From Squalus acanthias (taxonomy: Eukaryota): a stretch of DNA of 64,000 bases. Shown here one piece after another: positions 1 to 12,489 of the stretch; positions within the stretch are counted from its first letter, which is position 1; each line of letters begins with the position of its first letter. The DNA lies in assembly GCA_030390025.1 (NCBI GenBank), contig CM059431.1, positions 154,072,001 to 154,136,000 of the forward strand, read 5' to 3'. The notes beneath the pieces were generated by a model, which made no database searches, was not told where the DNA came from, and was given only the letters and a program-made list of their open reading frames with translations. Position numbers and translations under genes: made by a program.

Positions 1-148
1 GTTATCGTGTCTGTCCATGAATGCTGCGATATTATAATAGCTTTGAACTACTATCATGCTGCACATTGCAACATGGCGTCGAATCTGAAAACACGTTTTT
101 GACCTCCGGTGTGGATTTTGGTAAATTGCAGATCCAATCTTTAAGTAT

Positions 149-1400
149 TGGGGTAAATTAGACTTTTAAAACGCACAATATGGACACCCAATGGAAAAGT
201 TAATCACTGAGCATCTATCGCCCATTCGACAGTAGCAAGAAAAGCTAAAGTTACTCCGAGAGTGTGATAGCACCGTAATGGCCAAGAGGCAAAGTGGTCG
301 CGACCAATTATCGTATGAGCAAGAGTGGAAAGGATATTCGAGCGGCACATGTTGCCGAAGGGTCGAGGCTTGAATCGCAATCCAACTTGCTAACACCCTC
401 GCCCATTCCTTTCGCTATTCACTGCTTTGTCTTTCATTTTTTGGCCGCCTGCTTGATCTCGGAGTTGAGAGGAAATATATTATCAAAAATTGTCTTGCGG
501 CAGTTATCGGATTGGCCTCCCCGCAAAATTTCCGCGCACCATTCCAGCCAGTAAATGTAAAAAAATCACTTTTATTAAGTTTCGGCCACTCACAGCAGGG
601 TCCCGGTAAAGCGAGGAACGTCAAGATGAAGAATCGGTGCCTAAGTGGAGACAGGAGGGAAAAGCTAAAACAATGGGGCAGAGATTCGGATCGCAGGCTT
701 CCCGCGGGTGCAAGCCCCCTAACTGCACTTACCCAGCGCGCTTGCCGTTGTGCTGTGGGCCCGCGTGGGATTCCGATCCTGGGCCTCCTCATGCTGCCGG
801 TGTGCTGTGCTTGCGTATCCCAGGGGCACATTTAGTTCGAAGCGTTCCCTGGGATCACGTGGGCCATGGAGAGCCAATAGGAGCAGGGAATCTCCACTCA
901 TAGATTTGACAGGAAGACCTGTCAAATCTATGAAATAGAGATCGGCCACAAAACCTTCAACCTTTACTAAAACTTCAAATACATTTAAAAAAAAATCACA
1001 TTTCTAAAATAACTATAAATTACAAAAATTAACTATTTTAAACAAAAATTTTATTTTTTGAAAACATTAATTAAAGTTTTTACGGGGCTAAAAATAAACT
1101 TACCTTTCTTTATAGTATTTAAAAAAGATAAACCTTTGGAAAAAATGTTTAATTTTACTTACTTCACCACTTACCTTGTTAAAAGCAGGCCTTGCTCCTG
1201 CTTTTTCCCCACGCAGCTGCTGGGACTTAACCTCACAGAGTAGCCTTAAAAAAAGCGGAAGTCCGCTGCGTACCCGCTGCCTCTCCGGCGCACGCGATGA
1301 CCTCCGAACCCCTTCCTTCAAGGGAACGCAAGTTCCGCTTTCCAGCGCATGCGCAGTGCATGCGGGAAATCGGTACTTTCGTTGGGTCAACGGGTGAGTG
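149..1400. mobile_element. Probable non-autonomous DNA transposon (MITE-like) fragment: CpG-rich arms, AT-rich core, internal perfect hairpin
   Basis: Starts GGGGTAAATT (similar to the GGGG-starting end at 57459). CpG-rich relative to flanks, with a 16-bp perfect inverted repeat at 898-933. No matching right TIR seen; it abuts the middle of the NLR exon at ~1404. Confidence 0.4.
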
Positions 1401-1403
1401 CAC

Positions 1404-1933
1404 TGTCACTCATTCTGTTATGCAGTACTTTGCTGCTGCACTTATGAAATGTCTAAGTACACCACGAATGACCTGACACGCTTGCTCAATGAATGGCACT
1501 CGTGCAGTGACGTCAGATTTAAGACATTTTGCTGTTTCGTTTTGGTCTCTACTCAATAACTTCAACTGAACAGCTTGAAAGCAAATTGAGGGTATTTCCA
1601 TCTAAAGTAACCGCGTGTGTGTCGGATTGGCTCAGCGAAAATGTCAAAAGAAGATTTCAGAACTTGGAAGATAGGTAAAGCCAAAGGACATTCTCTAAGA
1701 TATTGGATTATTTTCTTGAATTTGGAGAATTAAAACTGATCGAGGCCGCATTAACAGCAGATAAATACAATAAAATTCAGACAGTGTCCTCTTAAACCTT
1801 CTGACTGTGCGGTTCTTTCAACTGCAATAATGGGCGTTGAAGTCTTGGAAGAGCTGAATCTCGATAGTTGTGGTGTACAGGATGAAGGCATCCTTCAGCT
1901 GGAGCCCGTGCTACACAAATGTTAAATACTCAG
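1404..1933 (+). pseudogene. NLR copy 1: 3' part of the NACHT exon (WHD/HD2 to first LRR), 5'-truncated, with stops and frameshifts
   Basis: Translates THSVMQYFAAALMKCLST...VSDWLSENVKRRFQNLED...EELNLDSCGVQDEGILQLEPVLHKC*, collinear with the end of ORF 54420-56102. In-frame stops present; splice donor reads TT (1934-1935). Confidence 0.9.
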
Positions 1934-2862
1934 TTAATTCATCCTTATCGATAAATAATATTATGAACAATGACTGTGTTACTGGCAAGTGGCATAATAT
2001 TACTTAATCGCAAAAACATATTCGATCAATTAATGAGCACATTCTCTCATTTCAATCTCTGCAGTGCTAAATGGTACGGTAAGAGACGGTCTGTTCGGTA
2101 ATACCTGAATGTTTTGTGGTGCTCATTTAATTAAATCAGATTCGGTGTTGGCAAAATCATATCCGAATCTTGCACACTTTTCGCACCACATGGGACCCTG
2201 GATTAATCAGTGAGATATCCCCTAAGTCATCATAAATTAGAACTATGTTGTGATATAAAACAATTTCACAGCATCACAGAATCCTACAGCAGAGAAGTAG
2301 GCCATTCCGCCCCTCGTGCCAGTTCTGGTTTTCAGAAAGAGCTATCCATTTAGTCCCACTCCCAACACTTTCTCCATTGTCCTGCAATTCTAATTCCTTC
2401 AAGTATTTATCCAATTACCTTTTGAAAGTTACTATTAAATCTGCTTCCACCAGCCTTTCAGGCAGTGCATTTCGGATCATATCAACTCATTGCCGAATGT
2501 ATTCCCTCATCTCGCATCTGGATTTTTTTCCCCAATTACCTTCAGTCTGTGTACTCTGGTTAACGACACTTTGCCACTGGATCCTGATCAGTAGGAAAAT
2601 ATTTCTCTTTTTTTAATTTAAAAGCGAGTTATACATTTACCGAGAGGACGTTCCCAATTCTTCGATCCGATCGGATTTGCTGAACTAATAACGTTGTTAT
2701 TGAGCACACTGATGCCAACTGAAACTTTTAGATGTGGGTTCGTGTCTGCGATTCCTCAACTTCTGAGTACTCTTTCTCGCGCCATTGCTGTGCCAAGACA
2801 TCATTAGAGGTCGAGAGAGATGTAAAATAAGAGGGAATGTCTCTCCACTGGTTCTTATGCAC

Positions 2863-5379
2863 AGAAGAACATATGAACATAAGAACATAATAAATAGGAG
2901 CAGGAGTAGGCCTTTCGGCCCTTCGAGCCTCCTCCATTATTCAATGAGTTAATGGCTGATCATTTGACTCAACTCCATTTACCGGCGCTTTCGCCATATC
3001 CCTTGCTGACCTTACTAGTCAGAAATCTATCGACTTCTGTTTTGAATATACCCAATGACTGAGACTCCACAGCCATCTGGGGTAGAGAATTGCAAAGATT
3101 CACCAAATTCTGTGTGAAGAAATGTCTTCTCTTCTCAGTACTGAATGGCCCACACTTTATTCTGAGGCTGTGGTCCCTGGTTCTAGACACTGCAGCCAAG
3201 GGAAACATTTTCCCAGCATCCACCCTATCAAGCTCTGTAATAATTTGGTATGCTTCAATGAGATCCCCTCTCATTCTTCTGAATTCAAGAGAATACAAGG
3301 CCTAGTTTCCTCAATCGCTTCTCATACGACAGTCTCGCCATCCCTGGAATCAATCTCGTGAAACTTTGTTGCACTCCTTCTCTGGCAAGTGTATCCTTCC
3401 TTAGGTAAGGAGACCATAATTGTACACAGTACTCCAGGTGTGGACTCACCAAGGCCCTATATAATTGGAGTCAGACTGCTTTACTCCTGTACTCAAATAC
3501 ACTTGCAATGAAGGCCAGCATACCATTTGCCTTCCTAATGGCTTGCTGCACCCGGACATTCAATTTCAGAGACTCATGTACAAGGATACCCAGGTCCATT
3601 TTATCATCTGCATTCCCCAATCTTTCACCATTTAGGAAATATTCTGCCTTTCTGTTTTTTCTACCATAGTTGATAACTTCACATTTGTCCAAATTATATT
3701 CCATCTGCCATGTTCCCGCCTACTCACTGAGCCTGTCAAGTTCCCCGTGAAGCCTCTTCACATCCTCTTCACAACTGACACTGACACCTAACTTTGTATC
3801 ATCAGCAAATTTGGAAATGTTACATTTAGTCCCCTCATCCAAATCATTGATATAGATTGTGAATAGCTGGGGCCCAAGCACGGATCCTTGCGGTACCACA
3901 CTAGTCACAGCGTGCCATCCTGAAAAAGAACCGTTTATCCCTACACTTTGTTTTTTGTCTGCTAGACAATTCTCAGGCCATGCTAGTATATTACCCCCAA
4001 TTCCATGTGCCCTAATTTTATTCACCATCCTCTTGTTCGGGACCTGATCGAAGGCTTTCTGGAAATCCAAATGCACCACATCTACAAGTTCCCCATTGTC
4101 TTCTCCACTGTTTAGATCCTCAAAGAACTCAATAGGTTTGTTAAGCAGTATTTCCCTTTCAAAAATCCATATTGACTCTGCCCAATGTTGCTATTATTTT
4201 CTAAGTGCCCAGTTATTGCATCCGTTATAATAGATTCCAGCATTTTCCCAACTACTGTTGTGAGGCTAACAGGTCTGTTGTTCCCCGTTTTCTCTCTCAC
4301 TCCTTTCTTATATAGCAGGGTTACATTTGCTATGTTCCAATAGCAGGAGCCGTTTTGAATGTATAGAATTTTGGAAGATTACAAGCAATGCGTCCACTAT
4401 TCCAATGGCCACCTCTTTCAAAAACCCTAGGAGGTAGGTCATCCGGTCCTTGGGATTTATCGACTTGTATACCCATTAATTTTGCAGTAGTATTTTTTTA
4501 GTAATAATCATTTCTTTAAGTTCCTTATTCTCTCCAAACCCTTGGTTTTCTCGTATTTCTGGGAGGTGATTTTTGTCTTCCTCCTTGAAGAATGATACAA
4601 AGTATTTATTTAATTTCCCTGCCGTTTCCTCATTCCCCATTATAAATTCTCCCGTCTCTGACTGTGAAGTACCTACATTTCCTTCGCCAGTTTTTTTTTT
4701 CCTTTTCACATACCTATAGAAGCTTTTACAATCATTTTTTTTATTTTTCGCTAGTTTCTGCTCATATTCCATTTTCCATTTCTTTATCAATTTCTTGCTC
4801 AGCCTTTGCTGATTTGTAAAAAAATCCAATCCTCAGGCTGACCGCTTTCTCTGGCAACTTTTTAAGCTTCCTCCTTTGACTTAATACTAGCTTTAATTTA
4901 TCTTGTTAGTCATGGTTGTATCACATTTCCTTTTGGGTTTTTATACCCTAGAGGAATATATGTTTGTTGCAAATTATGCATTATTCCCTTGTATGTTAGC
5001 CATTGTATGTACATCTTCATACGTTTTAGTGTAGTCTCCCAATCTACCATGGCCAACTTGTCCCTCATAGCCTTGTTGCTTCCTTTGTTTAGATTGAAGA
5101 CCTTAGTTTCAGATTGGAATACATCACTCTCAAGCTTAATGTAAAATTCAATCATATTATGTTCACCTGTCCCTAAAGGCCCCTTTTCCACAATATTGTT
5201 GATTAACCCTTTCTCATTACACAGTACCAGGTCCAGAATAGCTTGTTCCCTGTTTGGTTCCTCCACATACTGATCAGGAAACTATCTCGCATGCATTCCA
5301 AGAATTCGTCCTCCACACCATTAGTGGTAATTTGATTTTCCCAGTCAATATGTAGATTAAAGTCCCCCATGATTTCCGC
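2863..5379 (-). mobile_element. CR1-type LINE, 5'-truncated (end of endonuclease plus RT), degraded
   Basis: ORF fragments with [25 protein letters not shown] and KFADDTKLG. (TTCTTATG)n-like tail at ~2863-2890. Flanks rejoin to the uninterrupted intron seen in copy 3 (TCTTATGC.CTTTCGAGC), with CAC duplicated at 2860-2862 and 5380-5382. Confidence 0.9.
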
Positions 5380-5919
5380 CACTTTCGAGCTATCTGTTAT
5401 AAAATCCATCAGTGGATTCTCCAATAGACGTGAGGATGTTTTAAGGGCATTTTGAATAACAGTGCATCAAATAGATAACTTCCCTAAAATGGAGACAAGG
5501 TCGGAGGAACGGTCCCAAATTTTACCATAAATTCTACTTTTAATGAAGGGAATTATCCAGTGAGAGACATTTTGTCGGGGATTCCGCTTTGTTACAGACC
5601 ACGAGTTTACAGCGTGTAAACTGTCAACAACTCAGTGCCAACTTTAATTGTACCCGTGTAATAATGTATGTTTAAACATGACCACGGGCAATAGATTAAC
5701 TTCCGGGTTAAGCAACCACACTTACTGACAGCCGCTGATTTTACCATATGTGCTGTATGCTACTAACGTAATGAAAATCATAGAATTGAATTTGAATTAT
5801 GTGTATTATATTCTTGGATGTCCAAAGTGCCCCACGTTAAATACATTACTTAATTGACAACATTTCCTGTCTGATGCTTTATTCAACATCTCTTAATGAT
5901 TTAGTTTATTTGTTTCTAG

Positions 5920-6006
5920 ACTCAATGAGAATAAACTGGGAGATTCGGCAGTGAAAAGGCTCTCTGCAGTTTTAAAGAAAAATGATTGTAAAATACATAG
6001 ACTGGA
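5920..6006 (+). pseudogene. NLR copy 1, LRR exon (87 nt)
   Basis: ag|...|gtgagt, phase 2-2. Translates LNENKLGDSAVKRLSAVLKKNDCKIHRLE (RI-like LRR). Paralog of 51833-51919. Confidence 0.9.
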
Positions 6007-6278
6007 GTGAGTAATTTTGAAAAAAATATCGAACAGCACTACTAGAGAGTTATCTATGTATAATAATACTAATTACTGTGTTAATGATGATCAATCAATC
6101 TCACTATTCAATTTACCTTAAGGCCGAAGTCATTTCGAATGGGGCATGTCATGCATACATCAGGAACAGGATTCCGCCAATGATTTTGGAATTTCACAGT
6201 AATTATTCGCAAGTGGCGAAAATTTAACGTGTCTGTGTGTTTTTTATATAATCTCTGTTTATTTTTCGATCACTGCAG

Positions 6279-6469
6279 GTTGAAATCTAACGGTGTCACA
6301 GATGATTGTGTGTAAAGTCTTGTCTCTGCTCTCCGGGTAAACCGTTCACTAATGGAGCTGGATCTGAGTAACAGTAATCAGGATGGCAAACAGCCAACAG
6401 ATTGACGGACAAGTCTGTTCGGGCATTGGGCAGTCTCATCCAGAGTAGTGCTAATTTCAAGGATATCAG
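6279..6469 (+). pseudogene. NLR copy 1, double-LRR exon (191 nt; stop plus 1-nt deletion)
   Basis: cag|...|gtgagt. Translates LKSNGVTDDCV*SLVSALRVNRSLMELDLSNS. One nt shorter than the 192-nt paralog at 51467-51658. Confidence 0.9.
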
Positions 6470-6712
6470 GTGAGTTTCCGTGTTAACTATTCATTATTTA
6501 AAAATTCTTTCACGTTTAAAATATAACTTCGTATTCTTACTTCATTGCTGGTCATGCAATGGAAAATAAATGAACTCATTCTTTGTGGAGAATTTGTTCC
6601 AATCATTAGAGTAAAAGCGTTTGCTTTGAATGAATCGAACAATACCGCTACTCACAGTCAACAGAATGCTCCTTATTGATAATATTGTTTTGTTATTTTA
6701 ATATTTTTTCAG

Positions 6713-6800
6713 GTTAACACACAATCAGCACATTGCAGAAGAAAACCAAATTCTGACGTCAATTAATATATAGGATCATTTCACTGTAATTAAAGAATGA
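6713..6800 (+). pseudogene. NLR copy 1, terminal exon
   Basis: ttttttcag acceptor; 88 nt to TGA, same length as the paralogous exon 51134-51221. Contains an internal TAG. Confidence 0.7.
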
Positions 6801-7369
6801 AGGATTGTTTACCACAAAGACTGCTTTATGTAAATATTTTAAGTATTTTTTTCCGGTTTTACTCTATAGAATCAGGCCAATCTTAAACAAGTTGTCGGGA
6901 CGTGCTCAGACAAATAAAAAACACGCAGTAGCAACTGTGTTTTGTCCGGGGATTTAAAGTCACGGATACAGACTGGTGCGGGCGGGGGCGCCGCGCCAAC
7001 ATGCAACATAGAGATACTGGCAGTGCCGGTATCTGTAAACCATGAGCCCACTAATGAAATTATTGTATTCAAACAAAACTATGCACTGATTAATATCAAT
7101 GTCACAAGTGTGTCGGGTTTTACTCGCATTATTCGCCCTGCTCACCTTTTATGTACATTCAAAGGAGAGAGGAGCTCATGCATTATGATTACCCACTGCT
7201 TCCCTCACTGTCGTCTCTGATATCGATGTGACAATATTATCGATTAATTTTCCATTATTTTTTTACAGTTTTAAGTAACGAGCTTTATTTGAACATATTA
7301 TTCCCTTTCTTAATTAATTCCTGTTGTGGAGAATTAAACCTTCTTCAAACTAAACTCGTTTTATATTTC

Positions 7370-9660
7370 AGGTTCATATGTTTAAAATTGTCATTGGAAT
7401 GGGCGAAAGGGAACGCAAAGGTGAAAATACCCTCCTGGGAGATAACCAAGTTCAGTGATTTGCGAAGGAGTCCAGCTGAGCTGGACTGGAAACAAAGATT
7501 GGCCAGGAAAACAGTAAATTAGCAATAGCAGGCCTTCGTGTCAGATATATATATATAGGGTACAAATGAAGCATATTCACATGAGGAGGAAAGGCAGGCT
7601 TCGAAAGCTAAGGGTCACAGATGACAATGGAAATCGGCGTTAAAATGTAACAGAAAGTGGAGGTTTATGACAAAGGTCAGGTACAGATTACTGAACAAAA
7701 CCAGACAGAATATAGAGAATGCAGGATGAAATTGAAGAAACAGATGTAAACAGCTCAAAGAGATTGTAAAACAAGATTAGCGGGTACTAAAAATAGAACC
7801 AACAACCATCTTTTATAATCTGACAAAAAGTAAACAGATAGTTAATTGAATGGTGCGGCCGATTAATGTTGCAGTAGAGGAGGGGGGTAGATATACTGTA
7901 AAGGACAAATATAGATAGAAAGAAGTTGCTGGATAGGTTGACATCACTCAAATCAACAAGTCAACCGGACCACGTGGGACGCATCCTATGGTGCGAAGGA
8001 AGATAGAGATACAGGAACCTTTGACCTCAATCTGTCACTCTTGCTTGGAAATGGGAGTGATGCCAGAGAACTGGAAGATTGAAAATGTTACACCCCTCTT
8101 CAAAAAATGAGAGAGGAATAATCCTGGTAAATATAGGCGAATCAGTCTTACAGTAGATTTCCATATTGACTGACAAACGGCATGTGATATAGTACCACAA
8201 AACAGACTTATTCGACAAATGGAAACACATGGTATTAAAGGACCTGTGCTAAATTTGGTACCTAATTGACAAAGAGATCGGAGGTAGAAATTAGTGGTGA
8301 ACGGCTGTTCTTCTGACTGGAAATAAGTATGCAGTGTGGACCCCAGGGTTTGTTATTAGGACCATTGCTTTCATTGTTACACATACATGACCTGTACTTG
8401 GGTATATGTAATACAGTTGTGAAGTTCGAGGGTGATACAAAACTAGGCAACGTATTACGTACTGAACAAGATAGTAGAAAAGGTCAGAAGGACATGTACA
8501 GACTGCTGTAATGAACAGACACGCGGCCGCTGCACGTTACTGCGGATAAGTGTGAAGTGATGCATTTGGGACGAACAACACAGCGAGACAGTAAAATCTA
8601 GACGGTACTTTTTTAAGGGAGTGGAAGAGCAGAGGGACATGGGGTGCAAAATCACAATTCCTAAAGCTGACAGGGAACGTTGATAATTCAATTAAGAAAG
8701 AGACAGAGACTATTTCCTCGGGTGGAGGTAGCTGTTACAAGGAGGCATAACTATAAGGTGCATGGGGGGAGATATAGAAGGGATGTCCGAGGTAGATTCT
8801 TTACTCAGAGAGTGGTTGGGGTGTGGAATGGACTGCCTGCTGTGATAGTGGAATCGGACACTTTAGGAACTTTCAAGCGGTTATTGGATAAGCACATGGA
8901 GCACACCAGAATGATAGGGTAGGGATAGCTTAATCTTGGTTTCGGACAATGCTCGGCACAACATCGAGGGCCGAAGGGCCTGTACTGTGCTGTACTGTTC
9001 TATGTTTCTATGTTTCTAAAGCCTATGTGGTACTGGGCTTTGTAAAGAGGGACATTGAATACAAAACAAGGAAGTCATGTTAAACATTAACAAGTCACTG
9101 GTTAGATCTCCGTTTGAGCACTGTGTACAATTATGGGCACTTCAATTTAGGAAGCATGTTGAGGCCTTGGAGATTACAGTCAAGGTTTGTCAGAACGATA
9201 CCAGCGTTGAGGGACTTCAGTTATGTGGAAAGCTTGGTGAATCTATGATTGTACTCCTTAGAGCAGGGACGTTTAAGTGGTAACCTGCTAGAAATATTTA
9301 AAATTATGACGTATTTTGGTAGAGCAAGTAGGGAGAAACTATTTCCTCTGGTAAGTTGTTCAATAAGCAGAAGTCATCTTTTTAAAATAATTGGCAAACT
9401 AACAAGACAGGAAATGAGGATAAATTATTTCTCTCTAGGGTTTTTTTTGTTCCAGAATGCACTACCTTAAAGTCCGGTGGAATCAGATTACACCGGTACT
9501 TTCAAAAGCCAATTGGACTTGCATTTGAAGTGGCCTAATTTGCAGGATTGTGGGGAAAAATTTGGGGTGTGGAACTAAATTGGACAGTTCTTTCAAGGAG
9601 CCGGCACAGGCACGTCCTTCTGATAGTCCGTCTTCTGTGCTGTAAGTTTCTATTATTCTA
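7370..9660 (+). mobile_element. Old, heavily degraded CR1 LINE with a nested younger CR1 3' end (8701-9017)
   Basis: Fragments GPQGLLLGP, KFEGDTKLG and EHCVQLW. The nested piece encodes FFTQRVVGVWNGLP, ends in (TTTCTATG)n and is flanked by AAAG (8697-8700 and 9018-9021). Confidence 0.75.
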
Positions 9661-9789
9661 CGAATTTTCTAAGATATATTTTCACATACTTGCCATATAT
9701 GTATACAACTTTGATGGAATACATTTTTAATGAAAACAGCAATAAATGAATCCATCTAAAAATCGAAAACATATGATTCTAACTCATAC

Positions 9790-10019
9790 GATAGCAAAAT
9801 ACTGCGGATGCTGGAAATCTGAAATAACAACAGAAAACGCTGGAAAAACTCAACAGGCCAGGCAGCATCCGTGGAGAGAGAAAGAGAGTTAACGTTTCAG
9901 GTCGATGACCTTTCGTCAGAACTGTGAAGAGCCGGAAATCAAATAGATTTAAGGCCAGAGTAAAGCTGGGAAAAGGGAGAGGGGATAAAAGAACAAAGGG
10001 GGAGATGAAGAGACATTAA
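9790..10019 (-). mobile_element. Penelope-like element terminal fragment with a 15-bp target-site duplication
   Basis: GATTCTAACTCATAC repeated directly at 9775-9789 and 10020-10034. The insert carries a minimal hammerhead motif on the - strand. Confidence 0.75.
9887..9923 (-). ncRNA. Minimal type I hammerhead ribozyme motif (Penelope-type)
   Basis: - strand: AGUU-CUGACGA-A-AGGUC-AUC-GACCU-GAAA-C-GUU-AACU. This gives stem I AGUU/AACU, core CUGANGA and GAAA, stem II AGGUC/GACCU, and a minimal stem III. Confidence 0.75.
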
Positions 10020-11234
10020 GATTCTAACTCATACCTACCAATGATGATGTGTCCCCTAATAATGTAACTCCAACCAAGATAAGGATGCGATTTCAAATTT
10101 ACTTCGTCTATCTTACCTTAACAATCATAGAATTTCTCCTTAGTTTTCGGAAAATATTTTCCAACTTGTTGATAGATAAAACCAGCGAAATAAGACAGTC
10201 CGTTCATTGACTTTCAAGACTGATAAATCACGAAGCGCAAGTAATTTCATAAGCAGAGCAAACTCAAATATACCCAACCACTTTATCTGATTTGTCCTAT
10301 ACTGCCCTCATCTGTAAATCCATGATTATATATTAAAATTCTTACCCCTTTGCTGCTTTCAGAAAGATGTAATCAGTAGTCATTTACGTATCAATTTATT
10401 TGTGATTATAAATTCTTTTGTCCACGTTTTATTGAAAACAGCTTAACAACACCTTGATTTTACTCATTGCTGAATATCTACTCACACAACCATTTTTTGA
10501 TTCGCGAGCGAGAGTTGGTGCAGCAACCAGTTTTTCTGCTGCTCAAGCTTAATATCCGGTGATGCAAAATCGAGTGGCTCCAGCATCAGCACTGACTGCA
10601 GGACAATATTACAGCGTGACAAATTACATGGCATGTTTCCACGACACATGGCTGCGCAGGAAATTGTAATTGAAAAAGTGGGGGCAAAAATGAGTTTGGA
10701 ATCATCGAGAATCTTATGGCAAGTGAAAACCAGGTGTGGTCTTGAGGTTGTGGGTGAAATTGTGGAAGGATTCGCAGAATAATTAATATCCTGACAGCCT
10801 TGAATGGAACATTCCTTCCAAGGCCTTAACCATCTTTATACCAGCCCATAGGGTGGTTAGCTCCAAAAGGACTGGAAGGTTTTAAGGGCTCCTATGACGG
10901 ATAAGATGAGGAGGGGTGGGCCAATCTACGCACCCCAGGCGTGAGTAACCCGCTGGCTGTTAACACAGAATTCAGAGCCGGAGATCATGTTTCAACTCGC
11001 TGCGATCTTCGTTCGAAACATGCACCTTGTGATTGAGAGGCGAAAATGAAGCCACGAAGTCGAAATCCAGAAGTGAAGAGGTGTTATTACCAGGCGTGGG
11101 CAAAATTAATTCCGGCCTAATTTTAAAGGCATATAATCGTCCTATTTTTGCATTCATTTTCTAATTTGCTTTTGTTTATGCCACATAATAACAAAGCTAT
11201 TGTCAATTTAGCTTGCAGATAAATAGAGTTCATG

Positions 11235-12480
11235 ATGCCATGCGATTTCTCGGCCTATTTCATTGGTACCGATATGGACAATGACCTCTGGCTTTTCACC
11301 CTCCCCCCTCAGAGGGTCCTGCAAACGCTCAGTCACATCCTTGACCCTGGCACAATAGAGGCATCATACAATCCTGGAGTCACGTCTGCGTCCACAGAAA
11401 CACCTGTCTGCTCCCCTAAATATCGAATCCCCTACCAGTATTGCTCTTCCACTATTTTTCCTTACCCGTTGTGCAGCTAAGCCACCTGTCATGCCGTGGA
11501 CTTGACTCTGGCTTCACTCCCCAGAGGAACCATCGCCCTCACCAGCACTCAGAACAGAATACTGGTTGGAGAGGGCGATGCACTCCGGGGACTCCTACAC
11601 TACGTGCCTGGTCCTCCTCTTCTGTCTGGCAGACACCCATTCCTTCTCTGCCTGCATACTCTTAAGCTGCGGGGTGACCACCTCGAGAAACGTGCTATCC
11701 ACGTATCTCTCAGCCTCGCAGATGTACCGCAGTGACTCCAGCCGCCGTTCAAGCTCCGAAACCCGGAGCTCGAATTGTTGTAGCTGTTGACACTTCCTGC
11801 ACATGTGTTCGTTCAAGCTGCGCAACGCATCTAGACTTTCCCGCATGGCACAGGATGTGCATTCAACGGGACTCAGCTGTGCTGCCATGCCTCTATTTAA
11901 TATACTGAGAAGTAACGCAGCAGAAATAGAACTTAACAAAAAACAGTCCACAGCTACTCATCAATCAGCTCTTTCCCTCTATTTTATTGTCTATTATCTA
12001 ACTTAGCGGAGATAAACTTATAAACTTTAAAAAAATAAACAATATTTTAAAAAAATATAAAAATGCACTCACCACCTACTCACCAATTAGCTCCTTCCCT
12101 TGTGTCGACGTCAATTTTTTCACCCTGACATCACTTTTCCCAAAAACTGCCTCTGTGGAACTGATACCGCTCGGGACTGGTCATTTTAACTGCTCCGCTC
12201 TAACTGTGCTCCCACCAAGTCCGTTCCATCCAGTCTCAGGCTCCTGCCGTTCGGGACAGCTCCTTTTAACCGTTCCGCTCTCGCTGTGCTCCAACCAGTT
12301 CCTCTCCTTCCAGTGTCAGTCTCCTGCCCCTCGGGACTGCTCCTTTTAACTGCTCCGCTCTCGCTGTGCACCAATAAGGTCCGCTCTCTCTGGACTCGGG
12401 GTCCTGCCTATCGGGACTGCTCCTTTTAACTGCTACGCACTCACTGCGCTCCCACCACGCCCGCTCCTTCCGGTCCGCAG
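11235..12480 (-). mobile_element. CR1 5' end: 5' UTR plus ORF1 (Zn-finger/leucine-zipper then SGNH-esterase-like), 3'-truncated
   Basis: ATG at 11888 gives MAAQLSPVECTSCAM...CRKCQQLQQFELRVSELERRLESL. Downstream esterase-like motifs GDSIFRG and VIVHIGTN at ~11250-11440. Contains stops. Confidence 0.8.
12171..12480. repeat. 80-bp tandem repeat x4 in the CR1 5' UTR
   Basis: Units starting TCGGGAC at 12171, 12251, 12331 and 12411, each continuing ...TTTTAAC.G.T.CGC.CT. Confidence 0.9.
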
Positions 12481-12489
12481 ATTGAATTG

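Noticed and set aside
166..1397. Cluster of short overlapping ORFs
   Set aside because: Explained by GC-rich repeat sequence; no domain similarity recognised.
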